Source: a virus. From it: a stretch of 64,000 nt of DNA. A program made the translations under genes and the position numbers. The stretch is taken from positions 2,877 to 66,876 of the IMG/VR virus record IMGVR_UViG_3300036987_000538, one strand, 5' to 3'. Shown in pieces: positions 45,363 to 52,442 of the stretch; positions within the stretch are counted from its first letter, which is position 1; every line of letters starts with the position of its first letter. Below the pieces are notes generated by a model. That model was not told the origin of the DNA. It saw nothing but the letters and a program-made list of their open reading frames with translations, and ran no database searches.

Positions 45363-45699
45363 TCTACTTTTTCCGCGCGTCACTCGCCTGACGGCATGCA
45401 ATCCGACGCGCGCGCAATCGCTGGTGCGCCTCGCGTTGTTCACTGCCGGCGGCGTTGGACTCCACGCCGCTAGCGCTGTGGCGCCGCTCGTTCTGCCGGT
45501 CGCGTGCGGGCTTGCTGGCGCGGCGCTTGTCCAGATGTCGCTTAATGCCATCGGCAAGCGCATCGGCCGCGTGCGAGCGGTCCATTATCGCGACAAAGAA
45601 ACGCTATTGCGCGACTTGCGCAAAGTCGACCGCGAGCGAGCACGCGAGCGCATCCTTGACGAAACAATCGGCCGCTGGCCGGCCGGCTTTTCTCAGTAA
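45355..45699 (+). CDS. membrane protein
   Basis: 8-nt overlap with the upstream gene; hydrophobic helices. Confidence 0.35.
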   Translation: MLDLLFPRVTRLTACNPTRAQSLVRLALFTAGGVGLHAASAVAPLVLPVACGLAGAALVQMSLNAIGKRIGRVRAVHYRDKETLLRDLRKVDRERARERILDETIGRWPAGFSQ

Positions 45700-45710
45700 C
45701 AGGCTGTTAC
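45696..45710. repeat. motif A (15-mer) GTAACAGGCTGTTAC
   Basis: overlaps a stop; 21 nt before the next ATG. Confidence 0.8.
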
Positions 45711-45731
45711 TCAAACAACGGAGCAACGTCG

Positions 45732-46004
45732 ATGCTTGCCTATCTACTACCCGTCGCGGCCGTGGTCGCCGCAATGAACGCGGGCCGCGCAATCGACCGG
45801 CACGGATGGCGAAGTCTGACTGCAGGCATAGCGCTAACCGTGCTCGCCTACCTGCTGATTTCCGCTTACGGCGCCGTGCGCACGCGCATGGATGCGCGCA
45901 CCGAGATTGTGATCTGCGTATGGGCGCCGGGCCATGAGGCCGGGCCGATGATCTGCCCGACACCGGACGACCACACGGAACTGCGCGCCAAGTATCCGCA
46001 ATAA
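45732..46004 (+). CDS. small membrane protein (2 TM)
   Basis: AACGGAGCAACGTCGATG leader. Confidence 0.35.
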   Translation: MLAYLLPVAAVVAAMNAGRAIDRHGWRSLTAGIALTVLAYLLISAYGAVRTRMDARTEIVICVWAPGHEAGPMICPTPDDHTELRAKYPQ

Positions 46005-46012
46005 GCGAGCAG

Positions 46013-46032
46013 CCTACCTACCTCAATCAACC
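46013..46032 (+). repeat. conserved 5'-UTR repeat CCTACCTACCTCAATCAACC (copy 1 of 3)
   Basis: follows a stop codon; precedes AACGGAGC-N7-ATG. Confidence 0.7.
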
Positions 46033-46050
46033 CAACAACGGAGCACGACA

Positions 46051-46272
46051 ATGACTCACATCGGCTGGCATCGCGCCGGAATAACTGCAATCGAGGAATT
46101 TTTTACACCAGCTGAGGCGCAGTGCGAATGCGCCAACTGTGACTGGAGCGGTCCACAGCACGACCTGCGGCCAATCAAGCACTACTGGTCGCGCGTCGAC
46201 GAGGCCGACGCCGTCGAGCCGGACGGAGAGTGCCCCGACTGCGGATGCCTCGCGTACGCAATCGAGGACTAA
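46051..46272 (+). CDS. zinc-ribbon protein
   Basis: CECANC...CPDCGC; preceded by the CCTACCTCAATCAACC leader repeat. Confidence 0.4.
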   Translation: MTHIGWHRAGITAIEEFFTPAEAQCECANCDWSGPQHDLRPIKHYWSRVDEADAVEPDGECPDCGCLAYAIED

Positions 46273-46291
46273 CCGCCTACCTCAATCAACC
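46273..46291 (+). repeat. 5'-UTR repeat CCGCCTACCTCAATCAACC (copy 2)
   Basis: same context. Confidence 0.7.
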
Positions 46292-46311
46292 AATGCACCG
46301 GAGCGACGACG

Positions 46312-46701
46312 ATGAAATGGTATCTGCTGAGCGACAAGGCAGCGGACGAGATCCGCGGGGCAATCGAGATCTGCCTCGAACGCGCGATTGACAAAGGTGA
46401 GTATGACTCGCTCGCGCCATTGCGCGGAGCACTCAACGAAATGCGCGATGGCACAACCACGCCGCGCACGTTCGCCGCGCCTGAGCCGGCGGCACCAAGC
46501 GAGCCGGCTGATGACGGCTATCGCGCTGCGTGCATCGCCAGGGGCTGGCGCTGGTACGACAACAACAGCGTGCTGGCGCAGCTGACCGGGCACACGTTCG
46601 GCATCGCGCACGAACCCACGACCGAGGGCGACGCGAACGAGAATGACTCCATCTACGCGACGTGGCGCGACTGCGCACGCGAGGCGCTCGGCGTCGAGTA
46701 A
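46312..46701 (+). CDS. hypothetical protein
   Basis: leader repeat upstream; stop overlaps the palindrome. Confidence 0.35.
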   Translation: MKWYLLSDKAADEIRGAIEICLERAIDKGEYDSLAPLRGALNEMRDGTTTPRTFAAPEPAAPSEPADDGYRAACIARGWRWYDNNSVLAQLTGHTFGIAHEPTTEGDANENDSIYATWRDCAREALGVE

Positions 46702-46712
46702 CACCCTGTTAC
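46698..46712. repeat. motif A (15-mer) GTAACACCCTGTTAC
   Basis: overlaps a stop; 25 nt before the next ATG. Confidence 0.8.
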
Positions 46713-46737
46713 CAACTCAACCAACGGAGCAACGAGT

Positions 46738-46998
46738 ATGAGCACGCGATTCATCGGCAGCGTACGCGGCAGCGGCAAGGACAGCGTCACCGAGGCGCTG
46801 CGACGCGGCAACACCAACGGCGTCACCACGCTGGCAGCATCAGACGCGGGCAGCGTAGTCGTCCACGTCTGGCGCGATACCTCGAACGGTCGCGATAGGT
46901 ACCAAGTCACGCTGGCCGATTGGCCTAGCCGGCGCGAGCGTTGCGTGATTGCGTCAGGCTTTCTCGACGAGGCGGACTCACAGTTGCGAATGCTTTGA
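46738..46998 (+). CDS. hypothetical protein
   Basis: ORF with AACGGAGC SD. Confidence 0.35.
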   Translation: MSTRFIGSVRGSGKDSVTEALRRGNTNGVTTLAASDAGSVVVHVWRDTSNGRDRYQVTLADWPSRRERCVIASGFLDEADSQLRML

Positions 46999-47017
46999 CC
47001 GCCTACCTCATTCAACC
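46999..47017 (+). repeat. 5'-UTR repeat CCGCCTACCTCATTCAACC (copy 3)
   Basis: same context. Confidence 0.7.
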
Positions 47018-47035
47018 CTGAACGGAGACTCGACG

Positions 47036-47200
47036 ATGTGGAAGATAGCGACGGACGGCGGCGGGATGCGCCCCTGGTTCGTGATCAACTTGGACACCAA
47101 CCGGGTGGCTCGCGACAAGGGCGGCAAGGAACGCCGCTGGGGCGATCACAGGAAGGCGCAGGCTCTTGCTGATGCGCTGAACAAGGAGGGCGCGCAGTGA
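47036..47200 (+). CDS. small basic protein (54 aa)
   Basis: leader repeat upstream. Confidence 0.3.
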   Translation: MWKIATDGGGMRPWFVINLDTNRVARDKGGKERRWGDHRKAQALADALNKEGAQ

Positions 47201-47457
47201 AGCTCAAGCCTGGGGAACTGCGCGCGAAGTGGAGTAGGCGCGAGCGAGACGTTGAGGCCGACGCCTCTGGCGCGGGCCGCGCTGACATCTACCTCATTCT
47301 CGACGCGCTTTGCGGCAAGCGGTTCTCACCAAGCCCGAAGGTTATCGGCGCGTATCAGGTTGACCCGTCGCTGCGAGACGAGCTTGAGCGGCGCGGCTAC
47401 GACATCACCACGCTGAAATTCTCAATTCAGAAAAGGGCGCCATCGAATGGCCAGTAA
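47197..47457 (+). CDS. hypothetical protein
   Basis: GTGA overlap with the upstream gene; stop within the palindrome. Confidence 0.3.
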   Translation: MKLKPGELRAKWSRRERDVEADASGAGRADIYLILDALCGKRFSPSPKVIGAYQVDPSLRDELERRGYDITTLKFSIQKRAPSNGQ

Positions 47458-47623
47458 CAACCCGTTACCGCGCTTCGCCATGCTCGTGCTGTGCATGGCG
47501 CTCGTGCAGGCGGCTTGGTTGGTCGCAGCCGCCAAGACCCAGCCGCCTACCTACGCGCTCCTCGTGGGCGATAAGCTGGGCGTGGTGCGCAGCTACTGCT
47601 ACCTCTTGGAGTCAACGCCATGA
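47447..47623 (+). CDS. possible small secreted/membrane peptide (58 aa)
   Basis: ATG...ATGA overlap with the next gene; hydrophobic AMLVLCMALVQAAWLVAAA; below the ORF-track cutoff. Confidence 0.2.
   Translation: MASNNPLPRFAMLVLCMALVQAAWLVAAAKTQPPTYALLVGDKLGVVRSYCYLLESTP
47454..47468. repeat. motif A variant GTAACAACCCGTTAC
   Basis: overlaps the stop of 47197-47457. Confidence 0.6.
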
Positions 47624-47820
47624 GCTACGCTGACGCATCAATGAGAGCACGTGACTCTATCGAGCGGCTGCTCAACCTCTACCGTCGCGACCTCGCTTAC
47701 ATGGAGGCGCGCTACGCCGACGAGAGCACGCGCCTCCCGCACGACGAGAAGAACATCGAGCGCTACAAGCGGCGCATTGCAGAGCTTGAAGCGGCCAAGA
47801 GCGCATGCGTGCTCATCTAG
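47620..47820 (+). CDS. hypothetical protein
   Basis: ORF. Confidence 0.3.
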   Translation: MSYADASMRARDSIERLLNLYRRDLAYMEARYADESTRLPHDEKNIERYKRRIAELEAAKSACVLI

Positions 47821-47830
47821 GCGTTCCCGA

Positions 47831-47867
47831 TTGACGACGCGGGCAATTTAATTTACGATTCGCACAA
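47831..47867 (+). promoter_or_regulatory. sigma70-like promoter (TTGACG-17-TACGAT) overlapped by operator motif TTACGATTCGCACAA
   Basis: -35 at 47831-47836, -10 at 47854-47859; AT-rich spacer; operator-family motif at 47853-47867. Confidence 0.5.
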
Positions 47868-47870
47868 CTG

Positions 47871-47885
47871 GTAACATGGGGTTAC
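47871..47885. repeat. motif A variant GTAACATGGGGTTAC
   Basis: just downstream of the promoter; upstream of the SD/ATG at 47900. Confidence 0.6.
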
Positions 47886-47899
47886 CGATGGGAGACACG

Positions 47900-48157
47900 A
47901 TGACCGGAATACACCCACGCCTGCGCATCGCACGCACACTCGTGCAGTGCGCGAACGCAGAACGTGCCGTCAATGAAATGTTCGAGAAGGTTTACGAGTG
48001 CTGCGCCGAGCTTGAAGTGCTGGGCGTGCATGGCCTCGCTGACCTGCTCGACGCCGCGGCTGAGAAGCTGCGCGACGAGCTGGCCGTGATCGCCACGGCG
48101 GCGAAGTCCGAGCGCGGCCTACCTACTGCGGCTCCAGCGCTGCCGGGCCACGCCTAA
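47900..48157 (+). CDS. hypothetical protein
   Basis: SD GGGAGA; longer alternative start at 47876, an ATG inside the palindrome. Confidence 0.3.
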   Translation: MTGIHPRLRIARTLVQCANAERAVNEMFEKVYECCAELEVLGVHGLADLLDAAAEKLRDELAVIATAAKSERGLPTAAPALPGHA

Positions 48158-48723
48158 TGACTACCTTGCTCGACATGGACACGCCGCGCGATGATGGCGA
48201 CGCCTATGCCGAGCTTGGCAACGGCTTGGCCGTGCGTCTCACGATCGAGCCCGACCAATACGCCGAGGCCAGCTATCCAGGCTCGACGCTCTGGTGGGCG
48301 CACGAAGCCGGCGAGGAACTGGTCGAGGAGTTCGACGAGGAGTTCAGCGACCTACCTTTCAGACACAGGATCGCCATTGGGCAAGTGCGCTTTTACCTGC
48401 CTGTAGATCCGGCCTACCTGCACCGACTCGTAGTCGGGAAGATCCCGGCGGGCGTACCTCGTTTTGTCGTCGCTAGGTGGGCCAGCATGTACGCCGACAG
48501 GATGGACCCTGCCGAGTGCTACGCACAAACATTCGTGGGCGGTCTTTTAAGTGTGAAAATACAAGTTGAGGTTGACGGCTCGCCGCAGGTTGTGCGCTCA
48601 ATTGAGGGATTACCTAGCGGATTCGCCAACTTCGGTTATCTTCAGGCGGCGATCGACGACGCCGTTGCAGAAACGCTGGGACTCTTAGAGGGGGAAGACT
48701 GTGAATATCGCAATCCACATTGA
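48157..48723 (+). CDS. hypothetical protein (188 aa)
   Basis: ORF. Confidence 0.35.
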   Translation: MTTLLDMDTPRDDGDAYAELGNGLAVRLTIEPDQYAEASYPGSTLWWAHEAGEELVEEFDEEFSDLPFRHRIAIGQVRFYLPVDPAYLHRLVVGKIPAGVPRFVVARWASMYADRMDPAECYAQTFVGGLLSVKIQVEVDGSPQVVRSIEGLPSGFANFGYLQAAIDDAVAETLGLLEGEDCEYRNPH

Positions 48724-49069
48724 GGGTGGAGTCGTTCAACGCGTAACTTCCGACAACGCGCTCATTCATGGGGCGACCGTTGCCGTTGTTCACGACGACG
48801 TAGTCGACCGCGCCGTCGCGGTGTCTTACAGCGACGAGCTGCAGGCTCTCATCACTCAGGCGCTCGACAACAGCACGTGCCACGGCATCGGCATCGCATG
48901 CGAGCTTGCGGGCGAGCAGCTGATTGCGCTCAGCCGAACTGCGATCACCGACCCAACGACAATGACGCGTCAGGTTGACGAGGTCATGAGGATGCTGATG
49001 TCGATGGTTGAGCGCGCGCACGCCTCGCCGCTTGCGGTAACAGATGTTACCCCGGACGCGATCGCCTAA
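48701..49069 (+). CDS. hypothetical protein; C-terminus contains an in-frame palindrome (VTDVT)
   Basis: GTG start with GGGGAAG SD. Confidence 0.3.
   Translation: MNIAIHIEGGVVQRVTSDNALIHGATVAVVHDDVVDRAVAVSYSDELQALITQALDNSTCHGIGIACELAGEQLIALSRTAITDPTTMTRQVDEVMRMLMSMVERAHASPLAVTDVTPDAIA
49037..49050. repeat. motif A GTAACAGATGTTAC
   Basis: convergent junction; in frame VTDVT. Confidence 0.85.
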
Positions 49070-49464
49070 CGCGTTAGGACGTCTTTCTCATCAAGCGCGC
49101 CGACAATTCCGAGCAGCTCGTGCTCGACGTCAGACAGGTGATCTCTCACGCCCATGACGTGTGCGCGCAATCCGTCGACCAGCAGCTTGATCCCGTCGCG
49201 TGACAACCTCGGCACGCCAGCACTGGTGACCGTTAGCTGCGTGCGCCAGAATTTATAATCCCGGCCGCAGATCACGGTCAGCCGTTCGTACGGCAGCTTT
49301 TCATTGAACAGCAACACGAGGACGCGCTCGACGCGCCTCCGCAGTTCTTGCCGGCGTTGCATCGCCGTCAGCAACACAACGGGTGACCTACCCCGGCCGG
49401 CGACGCGAGTGTGTCGCGGATCGCGCTGCAGCTCCCTCAAGAGCCGGTCAATCTCTTTCACCAT
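49066..49464 (-). CDS. hypothetical protein
   Basis: ORF, convergent with 48701-49069. Confidence 0.3.
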   Translation of the reverse strand: MVKEIDRLLRELQRDPRHTRVAGRGRSPVVLLTAMQRRQELRRRVERVLVLLFNEKLPYERLTVICGRDYKFWRTQLTVTSAGVPRLSRDGIKLLVDGLRAHVMGVRDHLSDVEHELLGIVGALDEKDVLTR

Positions 49465-49526
49465 GTATCAGTCGCACTTTCTTGCCTGCGTCGCACAAGA
49501 TGTCGGCTACCGCCAAAGTTAGGCGC

Positions 49527-50238
49527 TCAAGTGCTTTGTCGCAGGCCGGCCTCTCGTTCGCTGCCACCAACTCCTCCACTGCAGCGAACGCCACCGCATT
49601 TGACTCCGTCAGGCGCTTGTTCAACTCGCGCAATTGCCGTTCCATCCTCTGTTTGCCTCGATGCGGCCGGTAAGGGCACGATGCCCGTCGATGTAATCGC
49701 CGAGCCCACATCGTAACCGAAACACCGCCAGCCGTCGCGGAGCGCTCGCGCAAATAATTCGATTTTAGTTGATGCCGGATAATGCCGTTCAACTTCATTG
49801 TGCAGAGCATCCGGCTTCGAGCTATGCTTTCGGGTTAGTGGCTTGCCCTCAAAGATCGTGCGGCCCTGCGTGCCTCTTGCTGGCGCACGCGGCTTCCCTT
49901 TTTTGAAAGTGAGTACAATCTCTGAGTTAGCGCGCTTCCAATATCCGAGCCCTAGCCTGGTCTTTTTCCAAGCGCGCCAGGTCACGTACTCCCACCCCCA
50001 GGTTGCACACATAGCAAGCGCGTCGGGTAGCAGGCCGTCTGTGACCCACACGTGGATCACCGCGCAGTTTCCGAGCTGCTGATTGATTGTTGGCCCGAGT
50101 GCCGCAATTTCGTGCAGCTCCATCGTGTCGTACTTGGGACACTTCGTGCGCCCCTTGGTGCTGTACGTCTTGTATGGCCAAGGAAAGTCGATGATCGCCA
50201 CCACCGGCTCGGGGCGGGGCTTCTTAGTTGCCGTCACA
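49527..50238 (-). CDS. MT-A70-family N6-adenine DNA methyltransferase
   Basis: motif IV IIDFPWPY (DPPW-like); SD CAGGAG + GTG start just downstream of the palindrome at 50252-50265; C-terminal 60 aa low complexity and overlapped by another ORF (49448-49645), so possibly frameshifted. Confidence 0.55.
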
Positions 50239-50251
50239 ACGTACTCCTGAG

Positions 50252-50265
50252 TAACGCATGTTACT
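50252..50265. repeat. motif A variant GTAACGCATGTTAC
   Basis: immediately upstream of the SD of the methyltransferase gene. Confidence 0.7.
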
Positions 50266-50833
50266 GCGCGGGTGCATGCTCGGTTGGCATGTCGTCGGTG
50301 AAATCCATCACGGCCTGATCGCCGCCTTTGAACACTGAGCCCATGAGGTAGCAGATGATCACCGGCGCCAGCTCCCAGCGCTTGGCGTGGTGCAGCCACT
50401 GCCCGAGGTTGTGAGCGCAGATGCACTGTGCCATCGGACTGCGCCAGCGCCGGGCACGCTCGATCGCCATCTCGATGTTGGATGTGGCTCGTCGAGCCAC
50501 GGTGTCCCTCGGTAGTCTCATCTTGAGAAAGTAGAGCGCGGCCTCGATGCCCTCCAGCGTCGGGTCGGCCGTCTGCCCGTAGAGCAGTGCAAAACGACCC
50601 AGCGCCTCGTACGTTCGGCGGGACATCGAGCCGCTGTAAGCGTCGGCGTACCGGAGGAAGGCAATAACGGCATCGTCCTCTGCCGCTGAATAGGGCTTTC
50701 CCGCCCCAGATTTGGCGCTACAGCCGTTTTCTTCGGCGTCCGGCTCGGTGATGCCCCTAACGCGCGCCAAGCCAGCCAGACCCCCGCGTGAGAAGGCCGC
50801 GACCTCGAACAGATCCAGCGGCCCTATTTGCAC
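50261..50833 (-). CDS. hypothetical protein
   Basis: ORF. Confidence 0.3.
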   Translation of the reverse strand: MQIGPLDLFEVAAFSRGGLAGLARVRGITEPDAEENGCSAKSGAGKPYSAAEDDAVIAFLRYADAYSGSMSRRTYEALGRFALLYGQTADPTLEGIEAALYFLKMRLPRDTVARRATSNIEMAIERARRWRSPMAQCICAHNLGQWLHHAKRWELAPVIICYLMGSVFKGGDQAVMDFTDDMPTEHAPAQ

Positions 50834-51312
50834 TTCACGACCTCGCTCGCCTTGAGCGCTTTTTCGATCTCAACGCGCAGCTCTGGCAGCATTACTACGT
50901 GCCGCACGTTGGTTAGTACGGTTCGCAAAAGGTTGACGATACTACCCAGCTCGGCTTTGGTGATGGCGGTCGCGCTTTTCTTTTTCGGGACGCGCGGCGC
51001 GGCCAGATACTGCACCCCGGCCGGCTCGATCACATAGACGGATACGCGTGTACCGCGCGGTGCGGCCCGGTCGATCGCGTCACGCCAGCGGGTGCCGATC
51101 ATCCTGCCGGCGATCAGCTTGCGGGCGGTGTTCTCCTGCCAACGGCTCGTCGGCGTGCCCTGCGGCTGGCAAGCCTCCATGAGCAGGCGCATCTGCGTGC
51201 GCGTGTATTCCTGCTTAGCCATATCGCCGAGCCTTTGTGCGTTGCCCCTCGTTGGGTGAGCCGAAGTCGAAGAACGTGCGCTGCAGGACGACGTCGCCGT
51301 AAGAGCATCCAT
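50824..51312 (-). CDS. hypothetical protein
   Basis: ORF; likely internal start MAKQEY. Confidence 0.3.
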   Translation of the reverse strand: MDALTATSSCSARSSTSAHPTRGNAQRLGDMAKQEYTRTQMRLLMEACQPQGTPTSRWQENTARKLIAGRMIGTRWRDAIDRAAPRGTRVSVYVIEPAGVQYLAAPRVPKKKSATAITKAELGSIVNLLRTVLTNVRHVVMLPELRVEIEKALKASEVVKCK

Positions 51313-51697
51313 AGTTGAACAGGTGGCACCACTGCCGGATCTCGTCGCCCGTCAGAAAGCTCACGTCGACCCCAGTGATGGAGCGGCCGGCGCGGAGTAG
51401 CTTGCGGATGGCTGAGCGCTCCTGACGCGCACGAGCCTTCGGGCACGTCCACTCGCGTTCGCGGCGTTCCTTGCGCTGCTCGTCGGTGAGCGCTGCCGTC
51501 TTGGCGCGGGCTTTGGCGAGGATCTCGTCGCGGTGCTTGTCGTAGTAGCGCTTGCTGGCTGCGCGCGCTTTCTCAGGGTGTGTCCGTAGGTAGAGCGCGG
51601 TTGCGTCACTGACCTTCTGGCGATTACGCTCGCGCCAGGCCCGGCGAGCCCTCTTGCGCGCCTCCCTGGTTGTTTCGCTGTAATCGCTCTCGGGCAC
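51215..51697 (-). CDS. hypothetical basic protein
   Basis: GTG start with TGGAG SD downstream of the palindrome at 51721-51734. Confidence 0.3.
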   Translation of the reverse strand: MPESDYSETTREARKRARRAWRERNRQKVSDATALYLRTHPEKARAASKRYYDKHRDEILAKARAKTAALTDEQRKERREREWTCPKARARQERSAIRKLLRAGRSITGVDVSFLTGDEIRQWCHLFNYGCSYGDVVLQRTFFDFGSPNEGQRTKARRYG

Positions 51698-51720
51698 GTC
51701 GCAGCTCCATATCCAACGTG

Positions 51721-51734
51721 GTAACAGATGTTAC
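51721..51734. repeat. motif A GTAACAGATGTTAC
   Basis: 23 nt upstream of the GTG at 51697. Confidence 0.9.
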
Positions 51735-52145
51735 TGACCACGCGTTGGCAGGGGCGCCCTAATCCCACCCACGCCCTTTCAAGGGGCGGATGCGGTAGGT
51801 GAAGCCGGCCCCCGCATCAAGATCGGAGCGCCCCGGCAAACACGTGCTCGGTCTTTCCCGAGTGTCACCGCCTGACCGGCTGCGGTTCCCATGGCACTTC
51901 CGGCATCAACGGCAGCAATAGCGGCCTCGTCCGTTTTCGAGCGCAGCAACCCGCGCACGACTGATTTCGGTGGTCAGCACCACACCCCGGCTACCCGAGG
52001 CAGGACCGTGCGCTGACCTTCGCCAGCACCCGCCATATGAGTTGGCGGCAGTCTCCCGGTTCTCGCGCAGAACTAGCGGTTACCCGCTATGGACGTCCGC
52101 GCGGTATATCCCCCGGCGGGGATCAAACTGGCCTTTCGGCCATAG

Positions 52146-52219
52146 TGGGCGACCGGGCAGGATTTGAACCTGCATTACCTCCACTCCGGGTCGGCGTCCT
52201 ACCGTTAGACGACCAGCCG
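52146..52219 (-). tRNA. tRNA-like gene with encoded CCA; anticodon arm non-canonical
   Basis: minus strand CGGCTGG-TC-GTCT-AACGGTA-GGAC...GCAGG-TTCAAAT-CCTGC-CCGGTCG-C-CCA: acceptor stem (2 G-U), D-arm and T-arm fold cleanly; the putative anticodon stem (CCGAC/GGAGG) has 2 mismatches; followed by hairpins GGCCGAAAGGCC and CCCCGCCGGGG. Confidence 0.5.
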
Positions 52220-52394
52220 CAAACTCTTGGGTGTCCGGCACACATGCCGGCGTTCATTCGCCGCCCCGGCCTCTCGACCGATGCCACCCGTGTGCGTGTG
52301 CCCGCCGGCCCCCGTACCGCTGCTGGTAGTGGTTACCCACTACGTGCAGCAAACCCCGAGAAGGGTAAGGCCCTCCGTCAAGAGCACCATACGC

Positions 52395-52430
52395 AAAACA
52401 ATATTACGACTCGCACTATCTCGTCAACAG
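52395..52430 (-). promoter_or_regulatory. promoter-like TTGACG-N15/16-TAATAT with embedded operator motif, upstream of the tRNA-like gene
   Basis: minus strand TTGACGAGATAGTGCGAGTCGTAATATTG. Confidence 0.4.
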
Positions 52431-52442
52431 CAAATCGTAAAA

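Noticed and set aside
52404-52424. Resemblance of ATTACGACTCGCACTAT to the T7 RNA polymerase promoter core TAATACGACTCACTATAG
   Set aside because: No single-subunit RNA polymerase gene is present in the window. The sequence has an extra GC relative to T7 and is palindromic like the other operator copies. It is better explained as an operator overlapping a sigma70-type promoter.
52146-52440. tmRNA (ssrA) or attP at the tRNA-like element
   Set aside because: The 5' acceptor strand lies at the canonical tRNA distance, not about 300 nt upstream, and no tag-peptide reading frame is evident. The integrase lies 10 kb away with Xis at 62715, so attP is expected beyond 64000.
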